Of a DNA stretch of 26,307 nt, positions 25,363-26,307 are shown piece by piece. The stretch's first letter is position 1. Every line of letters begins with the position of its first letter. Under the pieces are notes generated by a model. The model was not told the origin of the DNA, ran no database searches, and saw nothing but the letters and a program-made list of their open reading frames with translations. This DNA is from a virus. Taxonomy: Duplodnaviria; Caudoviricetes. The position numbers and the translations under genes were made by a program. The DNA lies in the IMG/VR virus record IMGVR_UViG_3300025267_000096, positions 1 to 26,307 of that record; one strand, given 5' to 3'.

Positions 25363-25671
25363 TTAGTCACAGTTGTGACCAACATTATCAGTGTAAACAT
25401 TATACTCAGCGTCCTCCTTCTCACGAAATTGGATAGTTTTCTTACAGTCATCAACAGTATGTATTGAGGAGTAATGCGAGCCTTTCTCTGGCATACCATG
25501 ATGCAGAAAGAATTGGGATGCCCTGATCAATAGAGTACACCTCCACGGAACTCCGTCATCATCTTCTGTCTCTGGCCTACATGGAATAAGTTCAGCTCTA
25601 TTCAAGAGATGATCTCCCAACACATACATTATATCATAGTATATAGATTTAACACCAACTTTAAGAGTCAT
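25363..25671 (-). CDS. Hypothetical protein (102 aa, several Cys/His)
   Basis: Fills the gap between the AAA gene and the DUF3150-like gene with 5- and 11-nt spacers. Confidence 0.65.
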   Translation of the reverse strand: MTLKVGVKSIYYDIMYVLGDHLLNRAELIPCRPETEDDDGVPWRCTLLIRASQFFLHHGMPEKGSHYSSIHTVDDCKKTIQFREKEDAEYNVYTDNVGHNCD

Positions 25672-25676
25672 AATAT

Positions 25677-26306
25677 TTATCCTAAAAGTATGTCTTCATT
25701 TTTTCTAGCCCATGTACCAAAGGCTTTGCAGTCCATTACTTCTGGGTTCATACCCTTAATAGTGAGGATACTGAACTCACCTGGCAACCTTCCAATGTAC
25801 TTGGCTATATTCTCAAAGTTCTTGGTGGTTGCATGACTGCCAAGCGCACAAGCAATAGCATACTTTGCACTTGGATTCTCTGGAACCATAGCCTTCATAG
25901 GATTGTTGATGCAATCATCAGGATCAGGCACCTCGACCGCTATGTCCTCATGTGCTATGAATTGTACTGCTGCGCCCTCCCCCACCAGTGAGGAGTAAAG
26001 AGCGTGTCTGAGAGCCTTAGAGGGGCTCTGCTTGCGTATATGGCTCAGCCTCTCCCAACTTCTAGGTGTAGGCCATGCCCACTCATCACTCCCCTTCTCT
26101 GGGCGTTGATGAGCCAGTTTACCACCATGTAAATGAAGAAATGATATGACTATGGGATCAACTTGCTTCTTAATGAAGTGATCCTTCAAGTCTTCCACGT
26201 CCATGACCGCTTCAAAGTGCATGAACCTATCCTGTTGAGCAGAGGATAGCCCTCTATTCACACCGCCATGTTGTTTTCTATTACCTAACGCTATAATAAT
26301 CCAGCC
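25677..26306 (-). CDS. MoxR-like AAA+ ATPase, C-terminal part (5' end lies outside the window)
   Basis: The frame is open to the window edge: GWIIIALGNR (sensor I)...DRF (Arg finger)...WPTPRSWE (sensor II). It lies upstream of a VWA partner. Walker motifs are not in the window. Confidence 0.85.
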   Translation of the reverse strand, partial: GWIIIALGNRKQHGGVNRGLSSAQQDRFMHFEAVMDVEDLKDHFIKKQVDPIVISFLHLHGGKLAHQRPEKGSDEWAWPTPRSWERLSHIRKQSPSKALRHALYSSLVGEGAAVQFIAHEDIAVEVPDPDDCINNPMKAMVPENPSAKYAIACALGSHATTKNFENIAKYIGRLPGEFSILTIKGMNPEVMDCKAFGTWARKNEDILLG

Positions 26307-26307
26307 A

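Larger units (their letters stand above)
1..26307. mobile_element. Bacteriophage genome segment (end of virion/ejection module converging on early/middle DNA-metabolism genes)
   Basis: Dense, overlapping genes of phage type (primase-helicase, Q-like, NinB, Lar-like, annealase/exonuclease/SSB, giant virion protein). No cellular housekeeping gene context. Free phage versus prophage cannot be decided from this window. Confidence 0.93.

Noticed and set aside
13987-25836. Plus-strand ORFs opposite the leftward genes (e.g. 14446-14904, 18324-18869, 19497-19928, 24996-25436)
   Set aside because: They lie antisense to well-supported genes and have no recognisable domains.
1-26307. tRNA, riboswitch (e.g. 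cobalamin, ahead of nrdJ) or other structured RNA genes
   Set aside because: There is almost no intergenic space, nrdJ overlaps its upstream gene, and no cloverleaf was seen. A covariance-model scan would be needed to exclude them fully.

Overview
The window looks like an internal fragment of a tailed dsDNA bacteriophage genome, probably podovirus-like and probably infecting a Gram-negative or proteobacterial host (both inferred). Two convergent transcription blocks meet at about 12.63 kb. The + strand (1-12634) is the end of the virion module. It holds a 5'-truncated, cysteine-free protein with a C-terminal lambda-R-like lytic transglycosylase domain, then a 3697-aa cysteine-free polyvalent ejection-type protein, then a small conserved protein. 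The giant protein carries three distinct candidate ADP-ribosyltransferase (ART) domains, a zincin metallopeptidase, a HeH/SAP-like motif and an unnamed globular domain. The - strand (26307 to 12631) starts with a MoxR-AAA+/DUF3150-like/metallopeptidase-VWA cluster. A near-consensus sigma70 promoter then precedes a tightly coupled DNA-metabolism operon: Twinkle/T7-gp4-type primase-helicase, resolvase-like nuclease, lambda-Q-like antiterminator, DUF968, NinB, an acidic protein, annealase-like protein, exonuclease, SSB, class II RNR, metallophosphoesterase and a Lar-like protein. The operon ends at an intrinsic terminator hidden inside the last + strand gene. Two small genes absent from the ORF track were found by hand translation. 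No tRNA, rRNA, CRISPR array, integrase or DNA polymerase is visible. All family calls come from motif recognition, not database searches.
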